64,000 nt of DNA, taken from Rhizaria sp. SCN 62-66. Its lineage: Eukaryota. The stretch is from the NCBI GenBank assembly GCA_001724265.1, contig MEDY01000009.1, forward strand, positions 186,001 to 250,000. The letters run 5' to 3'. Within the stretch, counting starts at the first letter, position 1; each line of letters begins with the position of its first letter. Position numbers and translations under genes: made by a program. Positions 35,801 to 45,958 of this stretch are shown in pieces. The notes beneath the pieces are model-generated. The model saw only the letters and a list, made by a program, of their open reading frames with translations. It was not told where the DNA came from and made no database searches.

Positions 35801-38800
35801 CAGCAGCATTCGCAAGCATTGCGGCTGCGGCCGCGCGCGCTGCAGCGCGCGCCTGCGCTGAGCACGCAGCACGGGCAGCGGCAACGGCAGCGGCGGCGGC
35901 AGGCAGCGACGAGTGACGCAGTCGGCGCATGAGGATGTAGTCGAGCCGGCCGGCCAACAGAGCAGGCTCGAACGAAGCCAACGGATCCGCACTACCCCCA
36001 GCCTGCGTAGTATTGGCTCTAGAACTGGGGCTTGCACCGGCGCAGACTGCGAGCGCAGCGGCGGCGGCGGCAGCGACCGGCGGCGGGAGCGCCCCCGCGA
36101 CGTCGGCCGCGGTCAGCCGCTCCGCGACGCACGTGGCCAGCAGCCAGCGCGCGAGCGCGGGGGCCGAGGGGACGAAGCACGTCGCCGTTGCGGGCACGGG
36201 GACAGAGATACAGACCGGTGCCGACGCCGCGGCGACCTGCGCCGTGCTCGCAGCGAGCTGAGCGGGACGCGGCGGCGACAGGGTCGGCGGGGCGATCAGA
36301 ATCGTCGGCGCGACCAGGTCGGCGAGCTCCTCGTCGGTCGGCTTGTACACAGACAGCGACGGGTCGCGGGTCAGTAGCGCGGCGGGCAGCGCGGGCAACG
36401 GCGTGCGCTTCAAGTTAAGCCGGACCGAGGGCGACGCTGTGAGCGCGAGCGAGATCGTGGGCGCGGCCGGCGCGAGTCCGGTGGGCGCAAGGCCGGAGGG
36501 AGCGTGGGGAGCTGCAGCCGAGGCGCCGAACGCGCGGCCGCCGAGGCCCGCAAAAGCGTTACCTTTGCTACTAGTCACAGTGCTCGCGTGTGCAGCAGCT
36601 GCAGCAGCGGCGGGCTGCACGGCTGCCGCGAACATCGTGTTGCCCATCGTGCGCGGCGTCATAGGTCCTGCCGCGTTGTGCGCGCCAAAGGTGAGGGACT
36701 TGCGCTTGCGCGCGCCGAACGCGTTGGCACCAGTGCGCGCGCGCGGTGATGTGAGAGTGCGCGCGCGGGGACTGCCGACCGTCGCATCGTCCGACATCGT
36801 CTGCTTCTGCGAGTTGTCAGTCCCGCTGTTCTGCCCGCCGTCGTCGTTGCGGTCGTCGTCGTCGTCGTCGCACGGCTCGTCCTCCACGCCCACGGTCACT
36901 GCGGGAAGAGACAGGCCGAAGAAATCGAGCTCGTCGCCGTCCTCGTCGTCTTCGACGGCAAGAGCAAACGCGCGTTCGTTGCGCGCGTGCTCCTGCTCAT
37001 CGTCGTCGTCGTCATCTTCCTCGTTGCCTTCCATGATCACGCTTGCGTCCGCACCCGTGACTGCACTGTCCTGCGCCGTAGCGTTGAACGCCGCAGCGGA
37101 GGCCAGCGACACCGCAAGCGGGCCCAGCGCCAGCGCGCGCGCAGCCGCGGCGCCCAGCGCGGCGGCGGCCACAGTGCCGCGCATCCCGGCGCCAGCACGC
37201 ACTGGCGACCCCAGCGCGAGCGGCGACTGCGGCGCCGGGCCGCTCGCAGTGTGTGCGGCGGGCGCGGGCGAGAAGGGCGAGGGCAGAGTGACCGTAAGCG
37301 TGACCGTGGGGCGACCGCGCACGGCTGTGGCGGCGGGAATGGGAAGCAGCTGCGGAGTCGCCGTGACGGCCGGGGACGCGGCGATCGAAGCGCTGCCCAC
37401 GGGTTGAGTCGTGCCTGCGCGGCGGCGCGCGGCCGCTGTCGGCGTCGCCACTACCGCGGGCCGCGGCGACCGCAGCATCACAACGCTGTTGTCACCCGCC
37501 TGATTCTGATTGCTGGCAGCGCAGTGCGCGTGGAAGGACGCGGCCACGGCGGCCGCGGACATCGCGGCGGCGGACGCGGCGGCGGCTGAGGCGGCGGAGG
37601 TCGGCGCCGCGCGCAGCGGTGTAGACGCGGGCAGACCAAAAGGCGAGTGGGGAACCTGGCGCGGCAGCGCGGCGGCGAACACGCCCGCGGACTGCGGCAC
37701 CGCGAGGCCGCCCGCCGCGAGGCCGGAGCCGGAGAGAGTGGAGGCGGCGCCCCCGCTGGCGCGGCGGGCAGTCTGCGCGCTGCCGCGGGCGGGCGCGGGC
37801 GTGAAGAGGAACGGCGTGCCGCCACCCACTGGGCCGCCGCTAAGGCGATGGGAGCCCTGTGCAGAGGGGCCGGCGGCTGAGGCGGGCGTGAAGCCGAAGC
37901 CGGCGCGCTGGCGCGGGGCGGGGGTGAACATGCCTCCCTGCGCCTGACCCGGTGCGTGCGAGTGCGCGAATTCAGAGGCCAATGTCGGCACCGGCCCTGC
38001 GGCGTGAGCGTGAGCGGCGGAGTGACCGTGAACAGCGAGGCGGCCATGGGCGGTCTGCTGCGGTGTGGCCGAGTGCAGGTGCGGGTGCATGAACGACGGC
38101 GACCGGGCGCCCATCGCCGCTGCGTGCATCGCGGCCGCAGTGGCGGCGGCGGCGCCGCGGTGGCCCGCCGGGGTGAGCCCGACTCGCAGCGATGGCGTCG
38201 ACAGCAGCAGGGAGCTGCGGCGACGACGGCGCAGGCTCTGCTGCTGGCGCTGGCCAAACATGGGGCTGTCAAGCGCGTCGATGCCGCTGACGCGACGGGC
38301 CGACTTCGCATGCGCAGCGACGGCGGCATCACGCGTGGCGCTGGTGCTGGCACGCGTGAGAACAGTGCAAGCGAGGGACGCGGCGCGCGCAGTGACGTGG
38401 CCGGCCCAGGTCCACTGCTCCGGCGCGACCGCATTGGCACCATTGGCAGACGCTGCTGCAGTTGCGCGCGCGGTGAGAAATGCGATGTGCAGAGTCTTAC
38501 GCGACAGCGCACAGAGAGGCGACGACACAGGAAAAACTGAGAACAGCGCCAGCCACGGATCCTGACCCTCACTGTACAGCTGAGCGACTTCTAAAGTGTT
38601 TGAAGCGAGATGACCATGAGCGGCGACTGCGGCGCGGTCTCGCGCGCGCAGCCAGTCGTTGAACGCGGCAGCATCCGCGGCAATCGCGGTAGGTGCAGGC
38701 GCGGGCACGTTGGAGCTCACAGTAAGTTCGGTCGCGGCGACCGTGCTGGCGTCCGCGGCGCTGGCAGCAGATGACGGGGCAACCGTAATCGTGAGCGCCG

Positions 38801-41800
38801 CAGTCGTCGCAGACCGGGGCGGGGCAGCGATGGTGCAGTATGACAGGATACGCGGTGGCAGCGGCGGCAGAGGCGCGAGCGGGTGCGGCACCGGCACTGG
38901 ACGGACTGGCAAGTCAGAGTCAGTTGACATAGCAATGTCCGCGAATGAGATCAAAGCGGGCATGTGCGCCTCACCAAGCACAGCACGCAAGACTGAATCA
39001 CTCTCACTCTCAGAAATAGCCTCAGCACTGCTAGATACGGCATCAACCATCGCCGTTGGCTGCGGGGCTTGAGCAGTGTACATGTTAAGCACTGCATACG
39101 TGACCGACCCGCCTTGCAGAGACTGTGAGCACGACAAACCGTGGAGCGCCCCCACGGCACTTAGGCCTGCGTCGTCTAAGTACTCGGCGCACCACCGCTC
39201 CGCCGCAGCAGCCTGCGCAGCATCCGCGCAGTTCAAGCTGTTACTGTAGCACCGTGCACTGAGGCGCAACAGCAGCGGGCGCATCTCACCGGCGAGGCCG
39301 GCGCGGCCAGCGGCCCCGGTGCCGGCGCCAGAGCCCGACGCGGGCGCCGCGGCCCCGAGCAGGCAGTCGTCGTACACGCAGTGCAGCGTCTGCAGCAACA
39401 GCGGGGACAGCGCGCGCAGTAGCGCACGGAGCAGCGGCAGCGACGCGAACGCGCGCGCTGCAGTGGCCTCAGCGAGAGCCAGGCCCGGCGCATCGGCGGC
39501 GGCGGCGGTGGCCGTGGGCTCGCTGAGTGAGAGCGATGACAGAGCGCGGGCGACCGAGGCGAGTGCGTTCGTAGTCGCGGCACGCTGAGCTGCAGCGACG
39601 CTGTTGCGCAGCGCAGCCGCGTTAGCGGGTGTCGTTTTTGCTGCGATGTGCGCGCTTGCGGTGAGCGATGGCAGAGCGCCAGAGTTGCTGGCGGTCGCGT
39701 GGCGAGCTGATGAGAGCAACGCCGACCAAGGTGACATGCCACTCATCTCAGTCGTTACCGATGCGGCTGCAAAGCTATAGCTAGACGTAGAGGTGTGCGA
39801 ATCAGTCGTCAGGTCCGTCCAATCAACTGCCCGCAAGCTAGCGTTGTTGTCACAAACATCATTGCTGAGATATGTCCACTCGCACATCACGTACGCAAGT
39901 CCGGCAATAGCTTCTTGCGGCGTGGCGAGCGCGGTTACAACGGCGGTTAAGCTCTGCGCAGTCGCATCGGCGTCGTTCAAACCGGATGCCACTGCCACAG
40001 TCAAAGCTTCGGCGAAAGCACGCGCGCGCGCAGCGGCGGCAGCGGCGGCGACTGCTGCAGTGCGTACCGCCGCGGCGAGCAGCGGGGGAAGCACTGCGTC
40101 CAGAGCGAAGCCGAGCGTGGCCGCCGAGGGGGTGGTCGCGGCGAGCGCGCTGGTGCCAATGGGGGCGAAGCGGTCGAGAGACAGCTGCAAGCACCCGACG
40201 GTGAGCACTTCTGAGCCGTCCGTCGGAGGGACGGAGACCGCGACCGTGAGCGGCCCGAGGGCGATGCCAGTGCGCGTTGACAGAGCAGGGGGGCGCACTG
40301 CGAGAACATTCAATGTTTGCAACTTGAGTTCGGTGTTGCTGTTAGCCTTGCCAACAGTGAGTGCATTGCCGGATGAAGAGGGATTGCTTGATGCAATGGG
40401 GAGCTCTGGCGACGTAAGCAGCAGCTCACACACCCTGTGCGGACCGTAATACACCCACACCCTCGTCTTGCAAGAAACACGCTCACCAACAATCTTGTTC
40501 TGCAATCCGCTGTCAGTGCTCTGATCAATAGCGTCGTCGCGGACAACGACGCCGAACCAGTGGTCGAACGGCGACGCGCCCGGCCCCGCCCCCGGCGCTA
40601 GCAGCCCGGTGGCCGCCGCGGCCGCCGCGGGGCCCTGCGCGACCGCGGGCCCCGCCAGCGCGGCGGCGGCCGCGAAGGCCGCGGGGCAGGGCAGCGGGAA
40701 CGCGCTGAGAACGCCGGTGAGCGAGAACGCAGGCAGCAGAGTCATGCCGACGCCGCCCTCGGCGCCGTCCGCGGAGTCGCGCGCGGGCGCGGCGGCAAGC
40801 TCGAGCGCGGTGAGACGCTCGAGCAGCGGCTCGTGTAAGACGACGAGGGCGGCGGACGACAGGGAGGAGCTCGCTCCAGCCGCCGCCGTCTCCGCCGCGA
40901 GGTCGCCACCGTCGCCGTCGGCCGGCGCGGCGGCTGCGGCGACCGCGGCGGCGGTGGCGGCGGTGGCGGACGCTGGGTCTGCGCCCGTGCAGAGTGCAAG
41001 GTACTCCGCGAACGTGAGCGGCTGAGGCAGAGGCAGGTCGGTGCGACCACCGGACTCGGCTGATGTTGACTCGGCGAACGCGGACGGGTTGATGCAGTAA
41101 GCCGCGACGTCTGCAAGCGTCGCCGGAGCCTTGGCGCCTGTGACAGCGGATGCGGCAGGGCTCCACAGCGGCAGCGTCAGTGCCGGGGGCGCTACAGCGA
41201 GAAAGACTGTGGGCGCAGACAGCAGCGCACAGTCACTCGCACTAAGATTGACGTCCACACTCTCACTTGTACTCGCACTTGCGCTCGCAATTGCACTGGT
41301 ACTGGCACTCACGCTGTTGTTACCAATCACAAGTTCATCATCATCGTCGCCGTCAAGATCGTCGTCGCCGAGCGTGCCGCGCCAGAGGCACACGAACTGC
41401 ACGTGCGGGCCCAGTCCGCCGCCAAACAGCCTCGCGGCGGGCTCGATCAGCGGGCCCGCGAGCGCGGCCGGCAGCGCCTCCGCGGCGGCCAGCGCAGCGT
41501 CAGCGGCGTCGGCGGCGGCGGCAGTGGCGGCGGCGGTCGTCAGCGCCAGTGATGGCACCGCGCCGTTGCCAGAACCAGCGGTCGCGGCCATGTTACTGCG
41601 CGTGTGGCTGCTGCTGCCGCCGCTGCCGGAGCCGTTCTCGTGCACTGTGGGCAGAGGGGAGCGCGGGGACCCGCCGCCCCGGTGCTGTGCGACACTGTCG
41701 TCGGCCATCGCATTCGCAGAGTGACTGGCGTGGATAACGTTCACAGCGGTTGTGTTGGTTGTGTTGGTGTGTGAGAGTGAATAATCGCCCTTGCGCGCCA

Positions 41801-43334
41801 CGCTGTTCGCGCTAGGACTCGCAAACGGCGCATTACCGCCGCGGACGACGCGACTGTGGGCCATCGTGCGTTCTGCCTCCTCAATCTCGGCGGCTGCGAC
41901 CTCGTGGGGAAGCATGGGCCAGCCGTCGCCGCCGGTCGCGGCCGCCACCGCGACCGTGCGCTCCAGAGTAGCGGTACCGGCGGCCAGGGCCGTCTCACTG
42001 CCCGTGGCAACGCCTGCAGCGCGCATGAACGTGTTGTTGCCGTCGATTCGGAGAGAGGCGTTGACGCAGCCGGTCTCGACTGCCTCCGCCACCACTGCGG
42101 TGGCGGCGGCGGCGGCAGCGGCAGCGGCAGCGGCTGCGGGAGTCACAGCGGCGTCGATCGCAGCCGACGTCGGCGGCGCCGCTGCGAGCGCCGCCCACAC
42201 CGCGTACCGCTTCCGCCTGCTGTGCACAGCGGCCGAGTCCTCCGCAGGGCGGCCCGACAGGCGGCCGTAGGCAGTGGGGGCGGCGCGCGTGTGCGTGATC
42301 ACGAGCGGCGTGTGCGCACTCGTCCACACGATGCGCTCACAGTCACCTGCAGTCGCACTCGCGCTCGAGGACGCGCTGGCATTGGAAACACTGCTGTTCT
42401 GAGCCGCATCAGTGTGAACGAACGGCGGCAGCGTGCTGTCAATAAGCGGGATCGGCTTGAGCGGATCCTCAGGTCGGGAAAGCACGAAAAAGAGCGGCTG
42501 GGTGACCGTGGGCGTCAGCGAGGCCCACGACGCGGACCAGGGCCAGTGCACGGGATGCTCCCGGTACGCCTCCTCCTCGGCCAGGGCCTCTGCCTCTGCC
42601 TCAGCGTCTTCGGCAGCATCAACGTCGGCGCCAGTGTCGTCGGTTTCAGCGCTGTCACTGCGAGGGCGGGTGCTGTGACCGTTGTCCTTGAGCAGCCTGA
42701 CCCTGTCATTGCGCCGAGCGCGGCCCCTCCGCTCAGCCTCAGCGGCCTCCACCGCGGCCGCGTCCGTGGGCATCGGCGCCAGCGGGTCACGCTCGAGCAC
42801 GAGCCCCTGCTGCAGCGGCCAGAGGCGCGCGACGGGGAAAGGCAACCGCGACGCGTGCGTCTCGCCTGAGTCGGGGCACGCAAGCACGAGCCATGTGGCC
42901 GTCACGGCCGCGATCCAGCGCGACGACAGCGGCGAAAACGCCGCCGCCGTGTCCGGGAGCGTCGGGGCCGGGGGCGCGCCAAGCATTGCCCAGGTCGCCG
43001 CGACGAAGGGCTCCTCGGTCGGCGGAGTCAGCTCGTACAGCGGCGGCGCCGAGGGTGGCGCGTCCAGCGCGCGCCATTGCACGCAGGGGCCGCAGATGAC
43101 GAGCTCCTCCATCGCGGCGTGGGGCGCGGTGGGGCTGGAGGAGGACGAGGACGCGGAGGGCGCGTAGGGGTTCGGGTGCAGGTGGTAGGGTGCGTGGACG
43201 GAGCGGGTCGTCGCCGTCTCGCGGCGCCAGAGCGCCAGCACGGAACGCGCCGTGGCTGTGTGCGCCGGGAACGGGGCTGCGTCGCCCAGGGCGCGGAGGG
43301 GCGCAAGCTCCGATAAAGAAATCGGAACCTGCAT
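29874..43334 (-). CDS. APC1: Anaphase-promoting complex subunit 1, greatly expanded (4486 aa), single ORF
   Basis: Ordered APC1 PC-repeat-region motifs: RTLSLPWGRG, AGFLLGLGARGHL, ALGLLYAG, EREGMAMSAAAGLGLVLLG, DVTVAAPAALLAL, PTARWVRRQIP, LALVLSGTADPGAMRLLR, AIGLLTLGAG, TPCLLP. Ends TAA. Confidence 0.85.
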   Translation of the reverse strand: MQVPISLSELAPLRALGDAAPFPAHTATARSVLALWRRETATTRSVHAPYHLHPNPYAPSASSSSSSPTAPHAAMEELVICGPCVQWRALDAPPSAPPLYELTPPTEEPFVAATWAMLGAPPAPTLPDTAAAFSPLSSRWIAAVTATWLVLACPDSGETHASRLPFPVARLWPLQQGLVLERDPLAPMPTDAAAVEAAEAERRGRARRNDRVRLLKDNGHSTRPRSDSAETDDTGADVDAAEDAEAEAEALAEEEAYREHPVHWPWSASWASLTPTVTQPLFFVLSRPEDPLKPIPLIDSTLPPFVHTDAAQNSSVSNASASSSASATAGDCERIVWTSAHTPLVITHTRAAPTAYGRLSGRPAEDSAAVHSRRKRYAVWAALAAAPPTSAAIDAAVTPAAAAAAAAAAAATAVVAEAVETGCVNASLRIDGNNTFMRAAGVATGSETALAAGTATLERTVAVAAATGGDGWPMLPHEVAAAEIEEAERTMAHSRVVRGGNAPFASPSANSVARKGDYSLSHTNTTNTTAVNVIHASHSANAMADDSVAQHRGGGSPRSPLPTVHENGSGSGGSSSHTRSNMAATAGSGNGAVPSLALTTAAATAAAADAADAALAAAEALPAALAGPLIEPAARLFGGGLGPHVQFVCLWRGTLGDDDLDGDDDDELVIGNNSVSASTSAIASASASTSESVDVNLSASDCALLSAPTVFLAVAPPALTLPLWSPAASAVTGAKAPATLADVAAYCINPSAFAESTSAESGGRTDLPLPQPLTFAEYLALCTGADPASATAATAAAVAAAAAPADGDGGDLAAETAAAGASSSLSSAALVVLHEPLLERLTALELAAAPARDSADGAEGGVGMTLLPAFSLTGVLSAFPLPCPAAFAAAAALAGPAVAQGPAAAAAATGLLAPGAGPGASPFDHWFGVVVRDDAIDQSTDSGLQNKIVGERVSCKTRVWVYYGPHRVCELLLTSPELPIASSNPSSSGNALTVGKANSNTELKLQTLNVLAVRPPALSTRTGIALGPLTVAVSVPPTDGSEVLTVGCLQLSLDRFAPIGTSALAATTPSAATLGFALDAVLPPLLAAAVRTAAVAAAAAAARARAFAEALTVAVASGLNDADATAQSLTAVVTALATPQEAIAGLAYVMCEWTYLSNDVCDNNASLRAVDWTDLTTDSHTSTSSYSFAAASVTTEMSGMSPWSALLSSARHATASNSGALPSLTASAHIAAKTTPANAAALRNSVAAAQRAATTNALASVARALSSLSLSEPTATAAAADAPGLALAEATAARAFASLPLLRALLRALSPLLLQTLHCVYDDCLLGAAAPASGSGAGTGAAGRAGLAGEMRPLLLRLSARCYSNSLNCADAAQAAAAERWCAEYLDDAGLSAVGALHGLSCSQSLQGGSVTYAVLNMYTAQAPQPTAMVDAVSSSAEAISESESDSVLRAVLGEAHMPALISFADIAMSTDSDLPVRPVPVPHPLAPLPPLPPRILSYCTIAAPPRSATTAALTITVAPSSAASAADASTVAATELTVSSNVPAPAPTAIAADAAAFNDWLRARDRAAVAAHGHLASNTLEVAQLYSEGQDPWLALFSVFPVSSPLCALSRKTLHIAFLTARATAAASANGANAVAPEQWTWAGHVTARAASLACTVLTRASTSATRDAAVAAHAKSARRVSGIDALDSPMFGQRQQQSLRRRRRSSLLLSTPSLRVGLTPAGHRGAAAATAAAMHAAAMGARSPSFMHPHLHSATPQQTAHGRLAVHGHSAAHAHAAGPVPTLASEFAHSHAPGQAQGGMFTPAPRQRAGFGFTPASAAGPSAQGSHRLSGGPVGGGTPFLFTPAPARGSAQTARRASGGAASTLSGSGLAAGGLAVPQSAGVFAAALPRQVPHSPFGLPASTPLRAAPTSAASAAAASAAAMSAAAVAASFHAHCAASNQNQAGDNSVVMLRSPRPAVVATPTAAARRRAGTTQPVGSASIAASPAVTATPQLLPIPAATAVRGRPTVTLTVTLPSPFSPAPAAHTASGPAPQSPLALGSPVRAGAGMRGTVAAAALGAAAARALALGPLAVSLASAAAFNATAQDSAVTGADASVIMEGNEEDDDDDDEQEHARNERAFALAVEDDEDGDELDFFGLSLPAVTVGVEDEPCDDDDDDRNDDGGQNSGTDNSQKQTMSDDATVGSPRARTLTSPRARTGANAFGARKRKSLTFGAHNAAGPMTPRTMGNTMFAAAVQPAAAAAAAHASTVTSSKGNAFAGLGGRAFGASAAAPHAPSGLAPTGLAPAAPTISLALTASPSVRLNLKRTPLPALPAALLTRDPSLSVYKPTDEELADLVAPTILIAPPTLSPPRPAQLAASTAQVAAASAPVCISVPVPATATCFVPSAPALARWLLATCVAERLTAADVAGALPPPVAAAAAAALAVCAGASPSSRANTTQAGGSADPLASFEPALLAGRLDYILMRRLRHSSLPAAAAAVAAARAACSAQARAAARAAAAAMLANAAEQLAAHGIPATVVAAVKKEASRLTRIRTARRRAVKAKSGAVTSASAVVVKTVAIRNMSDEPQSDSDSDALEQVEGYDDADDDAATAGATEADAAAWSALAITDPLMWGAHADAFARARTDRALPFLATAAPLSAYSGDAAGSISIPAVSDDAVMLGLPDPSDPYAASAPLAEGAATAHFHRIGTQATASALASAAAATASSATGASGAVAIGSATTLAGAFEPAAAASARAGAGAPAAAAAAGGLWLRSLLPPAPPASDLEGLLSARRACAHGLCPTLTAAVEASLSTTRLPTVTVPRASATDAETLAKALKDRVILAGLRTLSLPWGRGAYTLGTAAPPALRLTALPNPGFALSALTPQLGAGEVTKWDDLRVSAGEVDAVPSLLQGWSVAVSYWAAPGWEALCAAAASKLAHSSAAVAVAQKALSSQNSESSNDQVTRKQRRRSSLLLPSFAANTVDSDAAASRPTAPTSAPSATATTMRVTNLAPHPSSSVLLRSYLAALAAHRHSLALFASAMRDVTARPPSPAFLAGFLLGLGARGHLRATPSDLLLAAPLNDPIALAATVTALAASHFGTGSGLVARQIYLRAPERLPMGAALDTLRHPLLFAAVPFALGLLYAGRGSGPAAELCLHRLMTAQGARAPLGSASANGATVLFSGGGGGVSAAAAAAAASLGGMLGSQREREGMAMSAAAGLGLVLLGLGDDVAGANAANNDAESDAASDATLSVRGRSQQQRKQRQKQQQQQAQQQRTLGAWSVGLRALLLKCTGLNANAAAHTVANTGVGAGADADAAAAAATAAAIATGAASPATAAYASAPIDVTVAAPAALLALTLAHLATAPAPAALALRATVGAPVDPRTAAAGIAATTWHRVLARALIAGPAPAAADSKEAGAGVWVEPTARWVRRQIPDAVAMSVVEIAAPFEDDGSDYTILSASYNGLAGAPECADTLSSVDSALSSGFSPNAARQLYLQSLSAALLALGVTHAGTGSVKAARLLAHYLSALLALRRQDAKDIDADNAAYNADASDNGDDDDSEESKARPVGESTKPVSLTADAAAAVRAINASASPYARSGAIGSSGLFPPTHSGTGAGAKDWRAVDWVSGAPLLKPRQLQPAAAAQSDLGWEWEQLSATEHGNNNTLVLSLPTLPGCSHERSLWSANARARASIWLAWARVCRVPVPTRADLLAQHRGVLPAQAAQAHSGMNANDDFYYAAALTLWARTHLPPLPRARLSGPGADSTTLAAAVASASLALALVLSGTADPGAMRLLRAARYAPLPSSIPRNSAELNEDHVSALHSAHGAAAAAIGLLTLGAGRAALRPAFSRCPTSGVVLPCRATMATALLTALPPWGGPRGLGAVPVLLRTVLPLATVTRWVCTVDAATGAPVSLPIAVSIKPGAGCGGEVTAEGFRKIALKTPCLLPPLEHVTELNVAAPGYLPLNLYPGDKSADFELIMHRRVIFVQAVPTLAGADADDSIVCAPSSGSVTEAASGAATTEDSTVSWLANTTLVQSTTTVAATARVSFSPQLQASIDHLGRRALPLLALTVARALPPQSANTSSTSSGDALTVAINSANAVGAADVAIALTSYRQRLSEWAAECRALCGDSTAAAVPSKAKSKPTPKFAISNGDSIPLRTRVLTLTTPGLSLISLRGSTTTALALAPPAPASLLLTALPATASTCAADSGPIAAPPLAPSLLPSPLAASQALVRWALLTIACVAEARALVNAAHAASRARAAATAARSTMSAEIVALARASGAYANAALPAPPALPSFAAGMVPTDTPPSVAAVSALKALVEDNDAAVGALGAALLPRNLRDALSQALQYLLTGREVDDLLLSSIRSAKMMLRKATHKEGFNLSRNASFASALCACACRYHDLQPWLQPVSAAATARLSEITRARTIAVKLRLGGYDGKSLRTEYENATAHGAAGNAASSGRWALMSAMMWPRMTREQRSMLLHCLLMCDENVDQN

Positions 43335-44743
43335 GGTCGCAGTTGCGTTGGCTCAAAGAGAGAGTGTGATGCGTGCTCGATTGGGGAGTCTCGAGTCTGG
43401 GTGGTGGTGTCCGTGCGAGATTCAAATGAGGGACCTGCTGCGGGGAGAGTTAACGCAAGCAGATGAATTATTATTAGAGATGGATATAAAGTACACGACA
43501 ATATCATTGCATTTCAAATCTTGGTGCTATTTGACGACTCTAGTATCTTTTATTAGATATGGACGATCGCCTCTTCCAGGCTTGAGTCTCGCCTGGCTGG
43601 TTGCGGCCTGAGCGCACGTCAGAGAAAATTACGCTGTAGTTCGTATAACGAACGTCGCAAGAAATACCACTTCACTGGTGCAATTTTATGCACATTACCA
43701 TATATTATAGTTATGTGCGTTTATATCTGATAACCTGTATCTGTCTGAATCGGTCTTGGCAAGGTTCGCGCCTAGTGTGACTTTATCAACTTGGAATGCA
43801 CAGTCTTGGGCGCTGGCATGCTAAACAACGATTAAGGGATCGCCGGCGTTGTTATATATCGTTGTTTCCAATGCAACGGGTGACACGTTATGTTGTGGAC
43901 TCAATTCAGGTCTGTTATGGCGTGCTATACGCGTTTGCAGTAGTCGTGCGCTTGTGTGTGCTGGGTTCGCATGATCGTGCCGCGCATGAATATGAGCGAG
44001 CAGATTTCAGGCATAGGTACCGTACGGATATATATGCTGTATTTCTAGTCAATGCTTGCATGTGTTTTAGTATAATCCGCATTACTGTCGATTGAGCGAA
44101 CTGAAATCAAGTTATTGCTGCCAGGTCCTTCGTTGTCACAAAATTCTACGAATGAACAATTAGTGCATAATGCGCTCATAACGAATGTTAGCCGAAATCA
44201 AGGTCTGATAAGATAATCACACAACATACCGATCACGGAAATTAAGTAAATTATGAATAATTCTGACTATACGACGATACATGCCTTGAATATGAAGTGT
44301 TACAAAGTACTGACACATACTTCACAACGAGATTTCCGGCTGAAATTAAAAGGCAACATTGAGAAAACACTACTTAGTTATAAAAAAAGTATGAATCATA
44401 CTTTTTACCCAAACTCTTCCTTAAGATACTAATCTTTTAGGTTGTACTCATGATGATATTGGTAGTTGCATGATCATTGTGTATTTTTGCGAACCATGCG
44501 GCCTGACTTTTTCCGGCAGGCGGACCGACAGGCCAACTGAGCGACTCATTCACCGGGCTGCCACGCCTCATGGTCACCGTTGTATAATGTCTAGCCAATA
44601 TATATCAACCACGTATACATATATTATTTTGTGTTCTTTCTATTCCCTTTGAATCATCTTACAACCCCTCTGCTGAATACCCTCTGACTCGCCCAACGCA
44701 CCGTCTCCTGACCTGTTCTCTCTGCTAACCTCAGCCAGAGGTC

Positions 44744-45103
44744 ATGCTCCAGAAGATGAGCTCTGCGGCCGCGCGCGTGTCGCTGCGGCACATCCCCGCG
44801 GTGCAGGCCGCGCTCTTCACGCCCGTCACGGCCGCTGCGGGCTTCTCCGTCCCGCTGCCCGCGACCCTGCTGAAGCAGCCCTCGTCCCTGCTCGAGCTGG
44901 CTCTCTCCCCAGCCTCCGTCCCGCAGCCGCTGGCGATGGCGCCCGCCATCACGCTCGACGGCCCGCTCGCCACCGAGGTAGACTCGCTGGAGCTGATGAA
45001 CCGCAACAAGCGCAAGCTCAAGAAGGCCAACCACGGCGCGCGTCCCTGCAACTCGCGCGGCCGCAAGGCTCGCCGCATTCGCCGCCACTGGTACGGCGAA
45101 TAA
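44744..45103 (+). CDS. Small protein with mitochondrial-type presequence and highly basic C-terminal peptide (candidate mitoribosomal protein)
   Basis: GC-rich island with strong C/G3 codon bias. N-terminus MLQKMSSAAARVSLR, C-terminus MNRNKRKLKKANHGARPCNSRGRKARRIRR. Ends TAA. Confidence 0.7.
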   Translation: MLQKMSSAAARVSLRHIPAVQAALFTPVTAAAGFSVPLPATLLKQPSSLLELALSPASVPQPLAMAPAITLDGPLATEVDSLELMNRNKRKLKKANHGARPCNSRGRKARRIRRHWYGE

Positions 45104-45958
45104 GCGCGCTAATTGATCACTAGTGCAGCTCAATCTCGCTCTCGCATGAATGTGCGCGGAGCATATATGCCGCGCTTGTGCTGAGTTGTGTGTCCGCACA
45201 ATTTGCAGCTTATGCGGCACTGTTGCAGACCTGCGCAGTCGGGAGTCCCGTCAGACCCGTTGCCAGAGACAACGCCCGTCTACTCAGCTTCGTAACGCCG
45301 CGCGGTGCTCCAACATCTCCGCTCCTATAACTGAGAACTGGCCCGTATACACGCGGTTCTCCAAAACCCTCACCTCAATGTCTCAATAGAGCGCGCGCGC
45401 GCGATTGCCGCGCATGCGTCGCTGCGGCGTTGCCCACTCGTTCCTAGCGAGCAGTCGGGTGAAGGTATTTATTGCAGTATTTAGCCAGAACAAAGTGACA
45501 CACGTGAAACTTCACTATATGTACACGATAATACGTCTGTATATCTGTGCTATGTTTCATCATGTTGCTATTATGTTTTCGTTATAACTTCATATTCGTT
45601 TACACAGTAAAACAAACGCTTCCAAAAACCTAAAAATGACCTTAAATGGGAGATAACTCCCGCTACATACATTATTATATTCACAACACTAACCATTGTT
45701 TTTTTAAATGTGCTTATGTATTATTTGTAGTGATTTTCTATTTTATCGGTTCTTGTGCGTACAAACGCGTTTTATGTCCTAAAAAGTCGCAAGTGCAACA
45801 GTTCGTTAACGTAGCTACGTTTGCATTCCCTAGATATGAACCTGTTTTGCTCTTTCATTCGGCTCGAAGCTAATCCCCAAGTGCGTGATTTGTGTTGCAT
45901 TTGTGAGTCCGTCCTCGCACCTCAGTTCTATGGTTGTGGTTAGTTGCAGGCGTTGCGC

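Noticed and set aside
45104-45440. Moderately GC-rich stretch with a (GC)n run downstream of the small basic protein gene
   Set aside because: No recognisable tRNA, snRNA or coding pattern. It is probably 3' UTR.
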